64,000 nucleotides of DNA. Source: Nitrososphaeria archaeon (GTDB taxonomy: Archaea > Thermoproteota > Nitrososphaeria_A > Caldarchaeales > JAVZCJ01). The stretch is taken from the NCBI GenBank assembly GCA_041862235.1, contig JBGVSY010000015.1:11866-75865 (forward strand). Reading direction: 5' to 3'. The notes under the pieces are model-generated. The model was not told the DNA's origin, did no database searches, and worked only from the letters and a program-made list of their open reading frames with translations. Shown in pieces: positions 10,651-18,839 of this stretch (position 1 is its first letter; each line of letters begins with the position of its first letter). Made by a program: the position numbers and the translations under genes.

Positions 10651-11444
10651 ATTCGCTGGAGGATCTACTCAACATAAGGAAAATAGTTGTCTCCATCTCT
10701 GGAAAGGGTGGATCTGGAAAGACAACGCTTTGCGCACTGCTGCTGAAAGCACTGCTCCAAAAATCTCAGAGGTCGATTCTGGTTGTCGACGCGGATCCCG
10801 CCACAAACCTACCCGAGGTTCTCGGTGTAAAGATAGGAAAAACGGTGGGAATGGTCGCCAGTGAACTGAGAGAGAAGATCGACAGGGCCGCTGTTCCTCT
10901 AGGGCAGTCAAAAGCAGACTTGCTTGAAACATGGGTCTTCCACACCTTGGTTGAGACCCCTGAATTCGACCTACTGGCGATGGGCAGAACCGAGGGTGAA
11001 GGCTGCTATTGCTACGTCAACAGCGTCCTAACCAGAATACTGGATGTTCTTACGAAGAACTACGATATCACCCTTATGGACATGGAAGCCGGCCTGGAAC
11101 ACCTGAGTAGAAGGACAGATCGGGATGTCGACGTACTCTTGATTATGACTGACCCATCAAGAATGGGTTTCGAGACGGCCAGGAGAATCCGCGATTTAGT
11201 CAAGGAAGTTCACATAAAAGTCAAGAAGATCTTCTTGATCGGAAACCAATTTCCAGAGACCATGGAAAACATGCTGTCCGAACACGCACAAGACATCGAG
11301 GTCGATTACGGAGGAACACTCCCAACCGACCCGGCGATATCCCGGTACAACCTTGAGGGAAAACCACTCCTCGCGATACCTTGGGACAGCCCCGCCGCCA
11401 AAGCGGCCCAATCAATCGCCCATCTGACAGGCCTCTCCCCTTGA
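10647..11444 (+). CDS. cooC: Second CooC/AcsF-type Ni-insertion ATPase
   Basis: It has Walker A ISGKGGSGKTT and the C-x-C motif GEGCYCYVN. ATG 10647 overlaps the cdhE stop (ATGA). Confidence 0.85.
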   Translation: MNSLEDLLNIRKIVVSISGKGGSGKTTLCALLLKALLQKSQRSILVVDADPATNLPEVLGVKIGKTVGMVASELREKIDRAAVPLGQSKADLLETWVFHTLVETPEFDLLAMGRTEGEGCYCYVNSVLTRILDVLTKNYDITLMDMEAGLEHLSRRTDRDVDVLLIMTDPSRMGFETARRIRDLVKEVHIKVKKIFLIGNQFPETMENMLSEHAQDIEVDYGGTLPTDPAISRYNLEGKPLLAIPWDSPAAKAAQSIAHLTGLSP

Positions 11445-11482
11445 GTAGGGCCGTTATCGATCTGAGAAGACGGGTGGTTCAG

Positions 11483-13486
11483 CTAGGTTTTTCGTGTCAA
11501 TCTTCTACTTGCTTCCCACCAATGTGGGAAAAGCTCCTTCTTTCCCGGCAAAACGAAGGCTGCTAGATACTCATCCATAAAATCCATGTCCTGCAACATA
11601 TCAAAGTAGGTGGTTAGTTCCGCTATTTCCTCTGCTTTCTTTCTGTAGTCCAATGAGACGAGAGCTAGGTAGGCACCGGCGGCGGAACCGTTTCCCAGTA
11701 TGAGGTGCTTTGCATTCGGAAACTCTGGGAGCAGACCGATTGCCACAGCGCTATTTAGGTCGAGAAAGCTCCCGAAGGCTCCACAGACATAGACATTCTT
11801 GATGTCTTCGACGGTTAGCCTCATTTTCTTGATCAAGACGGATATTGCTCCGCAGGCCGAAGCTTTTGAATCCATCAGTATGTCCACGTCTTTTTGGGTT
11901 ATGACGATATCCTGTCCTATGCTTGTTTCTCGGGACGGGGAAACAACGTATTCCAACCCGTCCGATCCTTTTCTTACAAATGGTGGAGGTAGGTTGCCAT
12001 GTATCTTGCCGAAGGAATCGAGGATTCCCACACGGAACATCTCAGCCATCGCGTCTATCAAGCCGGAGCCGCAGATGCCTTTGGGCTTGGCTGAGCCTAT
12101 CAATGTGTAGCTTGCCTTGAGGGTTTCAGGGTCTATCTTGATGCGTTCAATGGCGCCTTCGACAGATCTTGTCCCGAACTTGATGCCCCATCCTTCAAAG
12201 GCTGGACCAGCGGCAGCTGAAGTTGAAAGAAGCCATCCTTGGCTACCAAGTATAACCTCAGCGTTGGTTCCTATGTCGATCAACAGGGATATGTCCTGTG
12301 ATTCATGCATTCGAGAGAGAAGAATATCTCCCACCGCGTCTCCTCCAAGAAATCTGCTCACGCACGGGAGGAAGTGAACCATTGCCCATGGATTCACATC
12401 TACTCCGAGCATTTTTGATTCCATCTTGATCGAATGCTTCGGAACGAAAGCGTTGACGTGCAGCAGGGGAGCGGAATCCATGCCTGCAAACAGGTACGAC
12501 ATCACAGTGTTTCCTGCAACGGTGACATCGATGATCTCACGTGGGTGGACCTGGTTCCTTTGAGACAGTGTTCGAATCAATTGATTGACTGTGTTTACGG
12601 CAGCTTCTTGAACCTCTCTTGTACCATATACTTGGTCGACTGTAAACCCAATCCTGGAAACTACATCTTCTCCGTACATCAGTTGTTTGTTGTAATCTGA
12701 GGCTACATCCAAGATTTCTCCCGTCACCAGATTCACCAAGTAGGCGACGATCTTCGTCGTGCCTATGTCGACGGCCAGGCCGAAGTTTCTACTGGATCGA
12801 TCACCGAGTTCAAGATCAACGAGTTCAATTGAGTCCGCCTTCTTTCTCACGGTCACGGTCAACCCCCTTCCGAATTGACCAGATAATTCTTTCAATCTTG
12901 AGGAGATGAAGGGAGAAAAGATCACCTCTCCTCTGCCAGAATACCGAGATCGGAGGAAACCCGATATCTTGGCTTCGAGGTCGACGTCGGTTATGGCTCG
13001 ACTCAAGAACTGGGGGTCTAGGTACTCCCTTGATACGCTTGGATTAGGTTTAACTTTGAATATCTGTGCTTTCGAGAGTATCTGCTGTCCCTCTATTCTA
13101 CTTTCCGGGGGTATGAGGACTTCGCAGTCGCTGAGACAACGGGTTTGACACGCCAAGACGTATCCTCTTGAAAGTTCCTCATCTGATAGAAGTTTCTCGC
13201 CCCTAGGAACTCTAAAGTCGATGTTCCCGTTCTTGACGATCGCTCTGCATTTTCCGCAGATACCTTTGCCACCACAGACGTTTCTGATGGTTATTCCCGC
13301 AGTTCGAGAGGCCTCCAAAACAGTTTCCGCCCTATCGATACGAACCCTTCTTCCAATCGGCTGAAATGTTATTGTGACATCTGTTTTGGACAGCTTCTCT
13401 GGACACCAACTCCTCGGCTTCGTCGCCCCGTATATATCTGTTGGCGGGGCAATAGGATAGATATACTGTCTACGGTGAATCGGCAA
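11483..13486 (-). CDS. Corrinoid activation/regeneration protein (RACo-type: 2Fe-2S ferredoxin plus ASKHA ATPase, DUF4445)
   Basis: 667 aa. The N-terminal plant-type ferredoxin motif is CGGKGICGKCR, and a long ASKHA-like domain follows (DIGTTKIV..., IDIGTNAEV...). It is convergent on the cdh operon. Confidence 0.8.
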   Translation of the reverse strand: MPIHRRQYIYPIAPPTDIYGATKPRSWCPEKLSKTDVTITFQPIGRRVRIDRAETVLEASRTAGITIRNVCGGKGICGKCRAIVKNGNIDFRVPRGEKLLSDEELSRGYVLACQTRCLSDCEVLIPPESRIEGQQILSKAQIFKVKPNPSVSREYLDPQFLSRAITDVDLEAKISGFLRSRYSGRGEVIFSPFISSRLKELSGQFGRGLTVTVRKKADSIELVDLELGDRSSRNFGLAVDIGTTKIVAYLVNLVTGEILDVASDYNKQLMYGEDVVSRIGFTVDQVYGTREVQEAAVNTVNQLIRTLSQRNQVHPREIIDVTVAGNTVMSYLFAGMDSAPLLHVNAFVPKHSIKMESKMLGVDVNPWAMVHFLPCVSRFLGGDAVGDILLSRMHESQDISLLIDIGTNAEVILGSQGWLLSTSAAAGPAFEGWGIKFGTRSVEGAIERIKIDPETLKASYTLIGSAKPKGICGSGLIDAMAEMFRVGILDSFGKIHGNLPPPFVRKGSDGLEYVVSPSRETSIGQDIVITQKDVDILMDSKASACGAISVLIKKMRLTVEDIKNVYVCGAFGSFLDLNSAVAIGLLPEFPNAKHLILGNGSAAGAYLALVSLDYRKKAEEIAELTTYFDMLQDMDFMDEYLAAFVLPGKKELFPHWWEASRRLTRKT

Positions 13487-13520
13487 GACTCCGTGTTGAA
13501 CTCGAATGTCAGCTATGGGT

Positions 13521-13700
13521 TCACTCCCGAGCTAGGTCGACGCGCTCCTTCTCCACAGAGACTCGAACGAGATGGCAATTCGGGAGACGTTTCTCAACAC
13601 CCAGAATGTCGCGCAATAGAACCACACTTCCAGAGACCTCTACGAAGATCACGTCCTCAGCTAGCTGTTCATCGTCCAGAAAAACCTTGAATTCACACAA
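13521..13700 (-). CDS. cooT: CooT-like small nickel-binding CODH accessory protein (not in the supplied ORF track)
   Basis: My translation gives a 59-codon ORF: (TTG)M-CEFKVFLDDEQLAEDVIFVEVSGSVVLLRDILGVEKRLPNCHLVRVSVEKERVDLARE*. The N-terminal Met-Cys and the overall pattern match my memory of the CooT family. An in-frame TGA two codons upstream leaves TTG as the only start. It lies 35 nt upstream of the RACo gene on the same strand. Confidence 0.65.
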   Translation of the reverse strand: MCEFKVFLDDEQLAEDVIFVEVSGSVVLLRDILGVEKRLPNCHLVRVSVEKERVDLARE

Positions 13701-13802
13701 GCTCTGTCACTGGTGCGCAGCCATGCCGACATAAGAACCTAGCTACGAGAGCATACTTATCTTGAAGCCGATTTCACCACGTGGCGGAGACACCTGAAGT
13801 CC

Positions 13803-15494
13803 ATGGGATCCCCCGAATTTCTAGTCGTGGACTGTCTGGGTGTTGGAAGATCCAAGGAAGGCACGAGGTTTGCGACGCGCGATGTCATAGGAGCTGGCCC
13901 AAGAGCGATTGCCGGCGTCCTTGAAAAACATCGTCTTCAGCCTTCCCTTGTCGAGTGCTCCAGCGTCTTCCAAAGACCGAAGGACTTGAAGAAATTCGAT
14001 GTCCTCCTCCTAACCGGTATGTCCGCTGACATCCCTGCTCTAAGAAGAACAAGCAGACACTGGAGAAGAGAGCGCGGAGACAACCCACTGTTGGTTGGTG
14101 GGCCCGTATCGGCTGACCCCTTCCAAGCCGTAGCAAGGTCAGGCTGTGATATCTGCGTGGTAGGCGAGGCAGAGGAAACCCTGGAACAACTGCTTGAGAG
14201 CGGCTTGTCGGGGGGGAAGCTTCCTGAGATCGATGAAATGACTCGAATTGAGGGAATAGCGTTTCGAGATCGGGGGACAATAGTGACTACGGGCTTGACG
14301 AGACCGATGACGAGGAAGAGGTTCAGCCAATTCCATCCATCAACACGGGTTGTCCCCATGTATCGTGGATATCAGGCCGCAAGGGTCTACGTGGAGGTGG
14401 TTCGAGGATGCAGCAACTATCTCAGGACGAGTCTGCAGCTGCACGACGGACGTGTGTGCTCACATTGCGAAGTCTGTAGATCTGGGGCTCTGGTGAATCG
14501 GAACGATTGTCCCCTGGAGATCCCCCCAGGATGTGGTTACTGCGGGGTGCCTAGCTTCTTCGGCCCGTCAAGAAGCAGGGATGCAACAGAGATCAAGAGG
14601 GAGGTCAGCGAACTTCTTGACCTGGGAATCAGACGCATTGTATTGAGCGGCTCTGACTTCTTGGACTATGGTAGAGATCTGCTTGTGGAACCTCAGCCTG
14701 TGACGGATCCCAGAAAACCCGAGCCCAACATCAAGGCGTTGGAAAGCCTTCTCTCAGAGTTGACATCGCTGAACCCGGTGGCAAAGAGTGAAGCTGTAGT
14801 GATGGTGGAGAACTTGAAGCCGAACTTCGTTACTGAGCAAACTGCTGCTCTTCTTGGCAGATACCTTACAGGAACTCATGTCCACCTGGGCTGTGAGACA
14901 GGTTCGGAGGAGCACTCTGAATCAATGGGCCGGCCTTCATCCCCTTTGGAGACCCTGATGGCTGTCAGACTTCTGAGCGAACATAAGGTAAGACCTTACG
15001 TCTACTTCATTCACGGCTTGCCCGGTGAAAACCTCGCGACAGCCGGAGAAACCGCCGAGATCGTCGGGGCTATGGTGAAGATGGGCGCTGAGAGAATAAC
15101 GGTCTATCGCTTTCGGCCTCTACCCATGTCGTCATTCTCGGAATTCAGGGGGGCACCGCCTTCTGTCAGAAGCCCATGTGCGAGAATCGTCGTTTCAGCC
15201 GCCAGGAGGGCCAATCGAACCCTCATCCGAAGATGGGTGGGGAGGGATGTCGAGGCAGTGGTCTGCGACGGAGGAAGGAAGATGGTGGTGTGTTACCCCT
15301 TGAGACACGGACCGGTTATTGAGGGGATAGCAGGGGGGGAACGAGTCGAACCCGGGGATATAGTTGAGGTGCATATCACCTCCGCTACCTCGGACAGGAA
15401 GCTTGGAGGGCGGATCGTGAAGATCATATCGAAGTGGAAGGGGTACCGCGAGTCGATACCTTTCGCTAGTGCTTTGAGAACCGGAAAACCTTAA
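13803..15494 (+). CDS. B12-binding-domain / radical SAM protein with C-terminal TRAM-like domain and a non-canonical Cys motif
   Basis: 563 aa. The N-terminal part is Rossmann-like (LLLTGMSADIP...VGGPV), and the core reads VEVVRGCSNY...CSHCEVC...CPLEIPPGCGYCGV...LSGSDFLDYG. The C-terminus (GDIVEVHITSATSDRKLGGRIV) is TRAM-like. No C-x3-C-x2-C motif is present. Confidence 0.55.
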   Translation: MGSPEFLVVDCLGVGRSKEGTRFATRDVIGAGPRAIAGVLEKHRLQPSLVECSSVFQRPKDLKKFDVLLLTGMSADIPALRRTSRHWRRERGDNPLLVGGPVSADPFQAVARSGCDICVVGEAEETLEQLLESGLSGGKLPEIDEMTRIEGIAFRDRGTIVTTGLTRPMTRKRFSQFHPSTRVVPMYRGYQAARVYVEVVRGCSNYLRTSLQLHDGRVCSHCEVCRSGALVNRNDCPLEIPPGCGYCGVPSFFGPSRSRDATEIKREVSELLDLGIRRIVLSGSDFLDYGRDLLVEPQPVTDPRKPEPNIKALESLLSELTSLNPVAKSEAVVMVENLKPNFVTEQTAALLGRYLTGTHVHLGCETGSEEHSESMGRPSSPLETLMAVRLLSEHKVRPYVYFIHGLPGENLATAGETAEIVGAMVKMGAERITVYRFRPLPMSSFSEFRGAPPSVRSPCARIVVSAARRANRTLIRRWVGRDVEAVVCDGGRKMVVCYPLRHGPVIEGIAGGERVEPGDIVEVHITSATSDRKLGGRIVKIISKWKGYRESIPFASALRTGKP

Positions 15495-15724
15495 TGCTGG
15501 CTCGTAGCAAGCGAGCCCTGATCGAGATGAGCGAGACCGAAGAGGAGCCACGAATTTACTACCAGTGCATGTACTGCAGAAAGGTCTTTGAAAGGGAGAA
15601 GTTGTCCAAGGTAGCCGAGACTCGATGTCCGTACTGCGGCTTCAACGTGATCAAGAAGACGCGAGGAGGGAGGACGAAACTAGTCAAGACCTCGGAGCTC
15701 ACAAAGGAAGAATCATTGGAGTAG
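15494..15724 (+). CDS. rpoP: DNA-directed RNA polymerase subunit Rpo12 (RpoP), zinc ribbon
   Basis: YYQCMYCRKVFEREKLSKVAETRCPYCGFNVIKKTR matches the archaeal RpoP pattern Y-x-C-x2-C...RCPYCG. ATG 15494 overlaps the upstream stop (TAATG). An alternative start is ATG 15527. Confidence 0.7.
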   Translation: MLARSKRALIEMSETEEEPRIYYQCMYCRKVFEREKLSKVAETRCPYCGFNVIKKTRGGRTKLVKTSELTKEESLE

Positions 15725-15870
15725 CTGACCGATTTTCCCGGAAGAGCCATAGGCCCGGCGGCACACCTGAAAGATCGATTGATTCCCGTGTCGATCGATG
15801 TCCGCCGACCAGCTGAAAACACTTATCTTGACTTCACGTCAATCGACTATACGGAGCTCGATAGGCTGAG

Positions 15871-16665
15871 ATGCTTTCTATAGGCTTGGGTCAGGTGCCT
15901 GGGCTAGACTGGTTACTCGATTTTGTCGGAAGGCAGACGCTTATCGACGCTCTCATCGCTCTCTTGGTGTTCTTGGTTACATACGTCACGGCGGCTGTGT
16001 ATAGTCGTGGTCTATCCAAGATCTCCCCAAAGATCAGCAAGACTCGATCCCGCAAAGGTGAGCTGCTAGGAGTGATTGTGATATGGATGATTGGTCTGGG
16101 GATCTTGATGACTTATTTCCGAGTTCCTCCATCGCAAGCCGTACTTCTATACGCTGTTGCCCTGGGAGGGCTCATCGTGGCCTTCCGAGACGTGCTCACC
16201 TCCATTGCTGCCAAGAAGATGCTCGACGAATCAGGCGCCATGAAGGTGGGGGACCTAGTCAGGATCGGGAAGTACTATGGAAAGGTGGAGAAGATAGGTT
16301 CTCTCTACACGACTATGATTACCCCCAACTTCCTTGAGGTTCACATACCAAATAGCGAGCTGCTAAAACATGAGATCGAGAACGAGAGCCAGTCGGCGAC
16401 GACGCTCATGAGCATTCCGATCACAGTAAATGCAAACGAGCTGAACATGAATGATGTGAAGCTGCTTATGATGAAGGCGGCGAGGATCGCCAAGAGGGAA
16501 CTGGCGCCGGGGAAGGTCACGGAGATAAGGTTTCTTAACATCTCGGGCAACCTGGTCACGCTGGAGCTACGCCTTCACATATTGAACCCCGCCAAACGCG
16601 ACGCCTTAGCCTCACTGATTAGGGAGAAGATATACCAGAAGCTTCAAGAGATTGGACGAAACTAG
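15871..16665 (+). CDS. Small-conductance mechanosensitive channel (MscS family)
   Basis: 264 aa with three N-terminal TM helices followed by the MscS beta-domain signature VGDLVRIGKYYGKVEKIGSLYTTMITPNFLEVHIPNSEL. Confidence 0.75.
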   Translation: MLSIGLGQVPGLDWLLDFVGRQTLIDALIALLVFLVTYVTAAVYSRGLSKISPKISKTRSRKGELLGVIVIWMIGLGILMTYFRVPPSQAVLLYAVALGGLIVAFRDVLTSIAAKKMLDESGAMKVGDLVRIGKYYGKVEKIGSLYTTMITPNFLEVHIPNSELLKHEIENESQSATTLMSIPITVNANELNMNDVKLLMMKAARIAKRELAPGKVTEIRFLNISGNLVTLELRLHILNPAKRDALASLIREKIYQKLQEIGRN

Positions 16666-16700
16666 AAGCACCCGACTTATGGAGGAGGCGAATCCAAGCC

Positions 16701-17318
16701 CTACTCCTCGAGAAGCCGTGAAGCCGCGGCTTCCAGTTCGTCTGAAGTGGCCAAACCCACGAATGTGCTTGCCACCCTGAACTGTTTGTCTATGAGGTAC
16801 GTCGTCGGCGTGCCGGGGGCAGGGTAGGCTTGAGAAACCTCTGGCGACGTATCCCAAGAAGCCCTCCAAGTGACATTTTGCTCGTTCAGGTATGACTTGA
16901 ATTCCTCATTACTGTCGTCAGGGTCGTAGTCAAGTAAAACTATCTCGATTTCCTGCGGACTGATTGCTTCCTCCGTGGATTTGAGTTCCTCGAGTTGAAG
17001 TCGACCAGGCTCATCCCCGATCCTCAGGATCGTCAGAACGATCACCTGGCCTTTGAGGTCGACGAGACGAAACGCATTGCCCTCGACATCGATGAGCTGA
17101 AGGTCGGGGGCGGGCAATCTAGTCTCTGTCGAAGCCGTTGACACCGTGCTACTTTGTGTCGGTCCTGTTGTAACGGACGTTGTGGTGGTCTCCGTGGTTG
17201 TGCTGCTTGAAGGGGTAATGGTTTCTCGATAGGCCGATAATGCTAGAGCCAGGACGACCAGGAGGACGAGAACTATGGCGGAGGCTAGACCCGCCGAGAC
17301 TCCGCGCGCATCCGTCAA
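16701..17318 (-). CDS. Membrane-anchored TlpA/redoxin-like thioredoxin-fold protein lacking the CxxC motif
   Basis: 205 aa with an N-terminal TM helix and a Thr/Ser-rich linker. The redoxin layout is ...LVDLKGQVIVLTILRIGDEPGRLQLEEL...GTPTTYLIDKQFRV. DEPG stands where WCxPC is expected. Confidence 0.55.
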   Translation of the reverse strand: MTDARGVSAGLASAIVLVLLVVLALALSAYRETITPSSSTTTETTTTSVTTGPTQSSTVSTASTETRLPAPDLQLIDVEGNAFRLVDLKGQVIVLTILRIGDEPGRLQLEELKSTEEAISPQEIEIVLLDYDPDDSNEEFKSYLNEQNVTWRASWDTSPEVSQAYPAPGTPTTYLIDKQFRVASTFVGLATSDELEAAASRLLEE

Positions 17319-17353
17319 GCCCCGTCACCTGTTCTGCGGCACGCACCCGATGT

Positions 17354-17361
17354 TATTTATA
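17354..17361 (-). promoter_or_regulatory. Candidate TATA box for the TlpA-like gene
   Basis: The minus strand reads TATAAATA about 36-43 nt upstream of the start codon at 17318. Confidence 0.35.
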
Positions 17362-17437
17362 CGTTTGAGATCTCGGTCTGGTCTGCGTGCAGTGCAGCCC
17401 GAGGCTGGGCAGTTCGTGGTGGGCGGATGATTTGCTT

Positions 17438-17857
17438 CTACTTCTTCTCTTTTGAGATTTCTTCCTTGAGCCACTCTGCCGCCTGAGAGGCGGCCATCAG
17501 GTTTTCCTTGTCTGTCCCAAGCTGAGCGGGTTTCACTGTTACGAGCCAGCCTTTCCCATACGGATCCTCGTTGATCAGTTTGGGCTGAGACTTGAGGTCT
17601 GAATTGGCTTCGGTTATTTCCCCCGTAACCGGAGACTTCAACGCCCCCACCCACTTGGCAGTTTCGATAGTGCCGACAGGCTTGCCCTGAGCCAACGTGC
17701 CCTTGGGTCTCATTCGGGAGAACACGATCTTCCCAGCTATGTGTTGGCCGTAGTCCGTCAGTCCGACCCGCACCAGTTCTCCTTCCATTTTCGCCCACAT
17801 GTGGTCTTTCGAATAGAGGAGATCGTCTGGAAGCTTGTATCCTTCTACTTCAACCAT
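17438..17857 (-). CDS. gcvH: Glycine cleavage system H protein (lipoyl carrier)
   Basis: 139 aa. It contains YSKDHMWAK, the lipoyl-lysine context IETAKWVGALKSPVTGEI, and EDPYGKGWL. Confidence 0.85.
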   Translation of the reverse strand: MVEVEGYKLPDDLLYSKDHMWAKMEGELVRVGLTDYGQHIAGKIVFSRMRPKGTLAQGKPVGTIETAKWVGALKSPVTGEITEANSDLKSQPKLINEDPYGKGWLVTVKPAQLGTDKENLMAASQAAEWLKEEISKEKK

Positions 17858-17990
17858 CTTCGTTCACCAAGTACCTTTGTTCAGCGTTCTGTCCTAAGCA
17901 TTTAACTGTTTTCAGCCCTCTAGTCTCTCTTTGGTGTAACCCCAATATCGACCGATCAATAATTTATGTCGGTGAGAGGAAGTTGTACTC

Positions 17991-18761
17991 ATGCCTGTCG
18001 GGTTGGACGATTCGGCTCTGAAGATAGATGTAGAGCACGTTATGGAAAGAATCTCTTCTTTCGTTGCCTCGACGGTGAGGAATCGAAAAGCCAGGGGAGT
18101 AGCTACGGTCTGTCGATCCGAGGCCTCCACATTTGCCTTGACTTCAGCTTTAGTTCAGGCATTGGGAGCCGAGAGAGTGCTCTGCCTGTCGGACGCCGAC
18201 GACTCCGGGTTTACAACAATTATGAGGCTCCGCGATAGATTGGGCTTCAGCCTCGAGGTTGTGGAAGCGGGTAAGTTAGTGGAAGCCTTTGAAAACTCTA
18301 CCATTCGCTCACGGAGCGAAGATCGAGAATGGGAACGGGTGTTGAGAAGAAGGCTACTGGCACTTACAATGCAGAGTCTCGCCGAGAGATCGAATCTTCT
18401 CATTGCTGTTGACGTGAACAGGACAGATTTCTTGATCGGCACATTCGACCAGAGGGTCGCCTCATCATGCGACCTACTTCCCCTAGTGGGGTTGTTCAAG
18501 ACTCAGGTGGATCAACTGGCATCTTTCCTGGGAGTCGACTACTATGGCATCAGTTCCTCCCAGACAGATGAAGCCACCTCCCGCGCCGGCTTGGGCTATC
18601 CGACACTCGACTTAGTTCTTTGGGGAGTAGTGGACCAAGGTATGGATAGAGGAAAGGTCGCTTCGCGCCTCAGTATCCCGACTACAGCTGTGAACCACGT
18701 CTACCATCTTCATCTCTTGAGCGAATCCAGCCGAAACTTTCCTCATTTTCCAGTGCTGTAA
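17991..18761 (+). CDS. NAD+ synthetase (NadE)-like protein with degenerate PP-loop
   Basis: 256 aa. The layout parallels NH3-dependent NadE (..GVATVCRSEASTFALTSALVQALGAERVLCL.., ..NRTDFLIGTFDQRVASSCDLLPLVGLFKTQVDQLASFLGV..). However, SGGxDS is replaced by RSEAST and GY-TK-GD by GTFDQRVA. Confidence 0.5.
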   Translation: MPVGLDDSALKIDVEHVMERISSFVASTVRNRKARGVATVCRSEASTFALTSALVQALGAERVLCLSDADDSGFTTIMRLRDRLGFSLEVVEAGKLVEAFENSTIRSRSEDREWERVLRRRLLALTMQSLAERSNLLIAVDVNRTDFLIGTFDQRVASSCDLLPLVGLFKTQVDQLASFLGVDYYGISSSQTDEATSRAGLGYPTLDLVLWGVVDQGMDRGKVASRLSIPTTAVNHVYHLHLLSESSRNFPHFPVL

Positions 18762-18839
18762 AAGATTTCGGTTATGATCGATCAAACTACTCTCAGAAAC
18801 ACTTATTGAACTCCTCATTCATCCGCTCAACGATTCTGC

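Noticed and set aside
13475-13690. 71-aa plus-strand ORF
   Set aside because: It is antisense to the CooT-like ORF and has no motif of its own.
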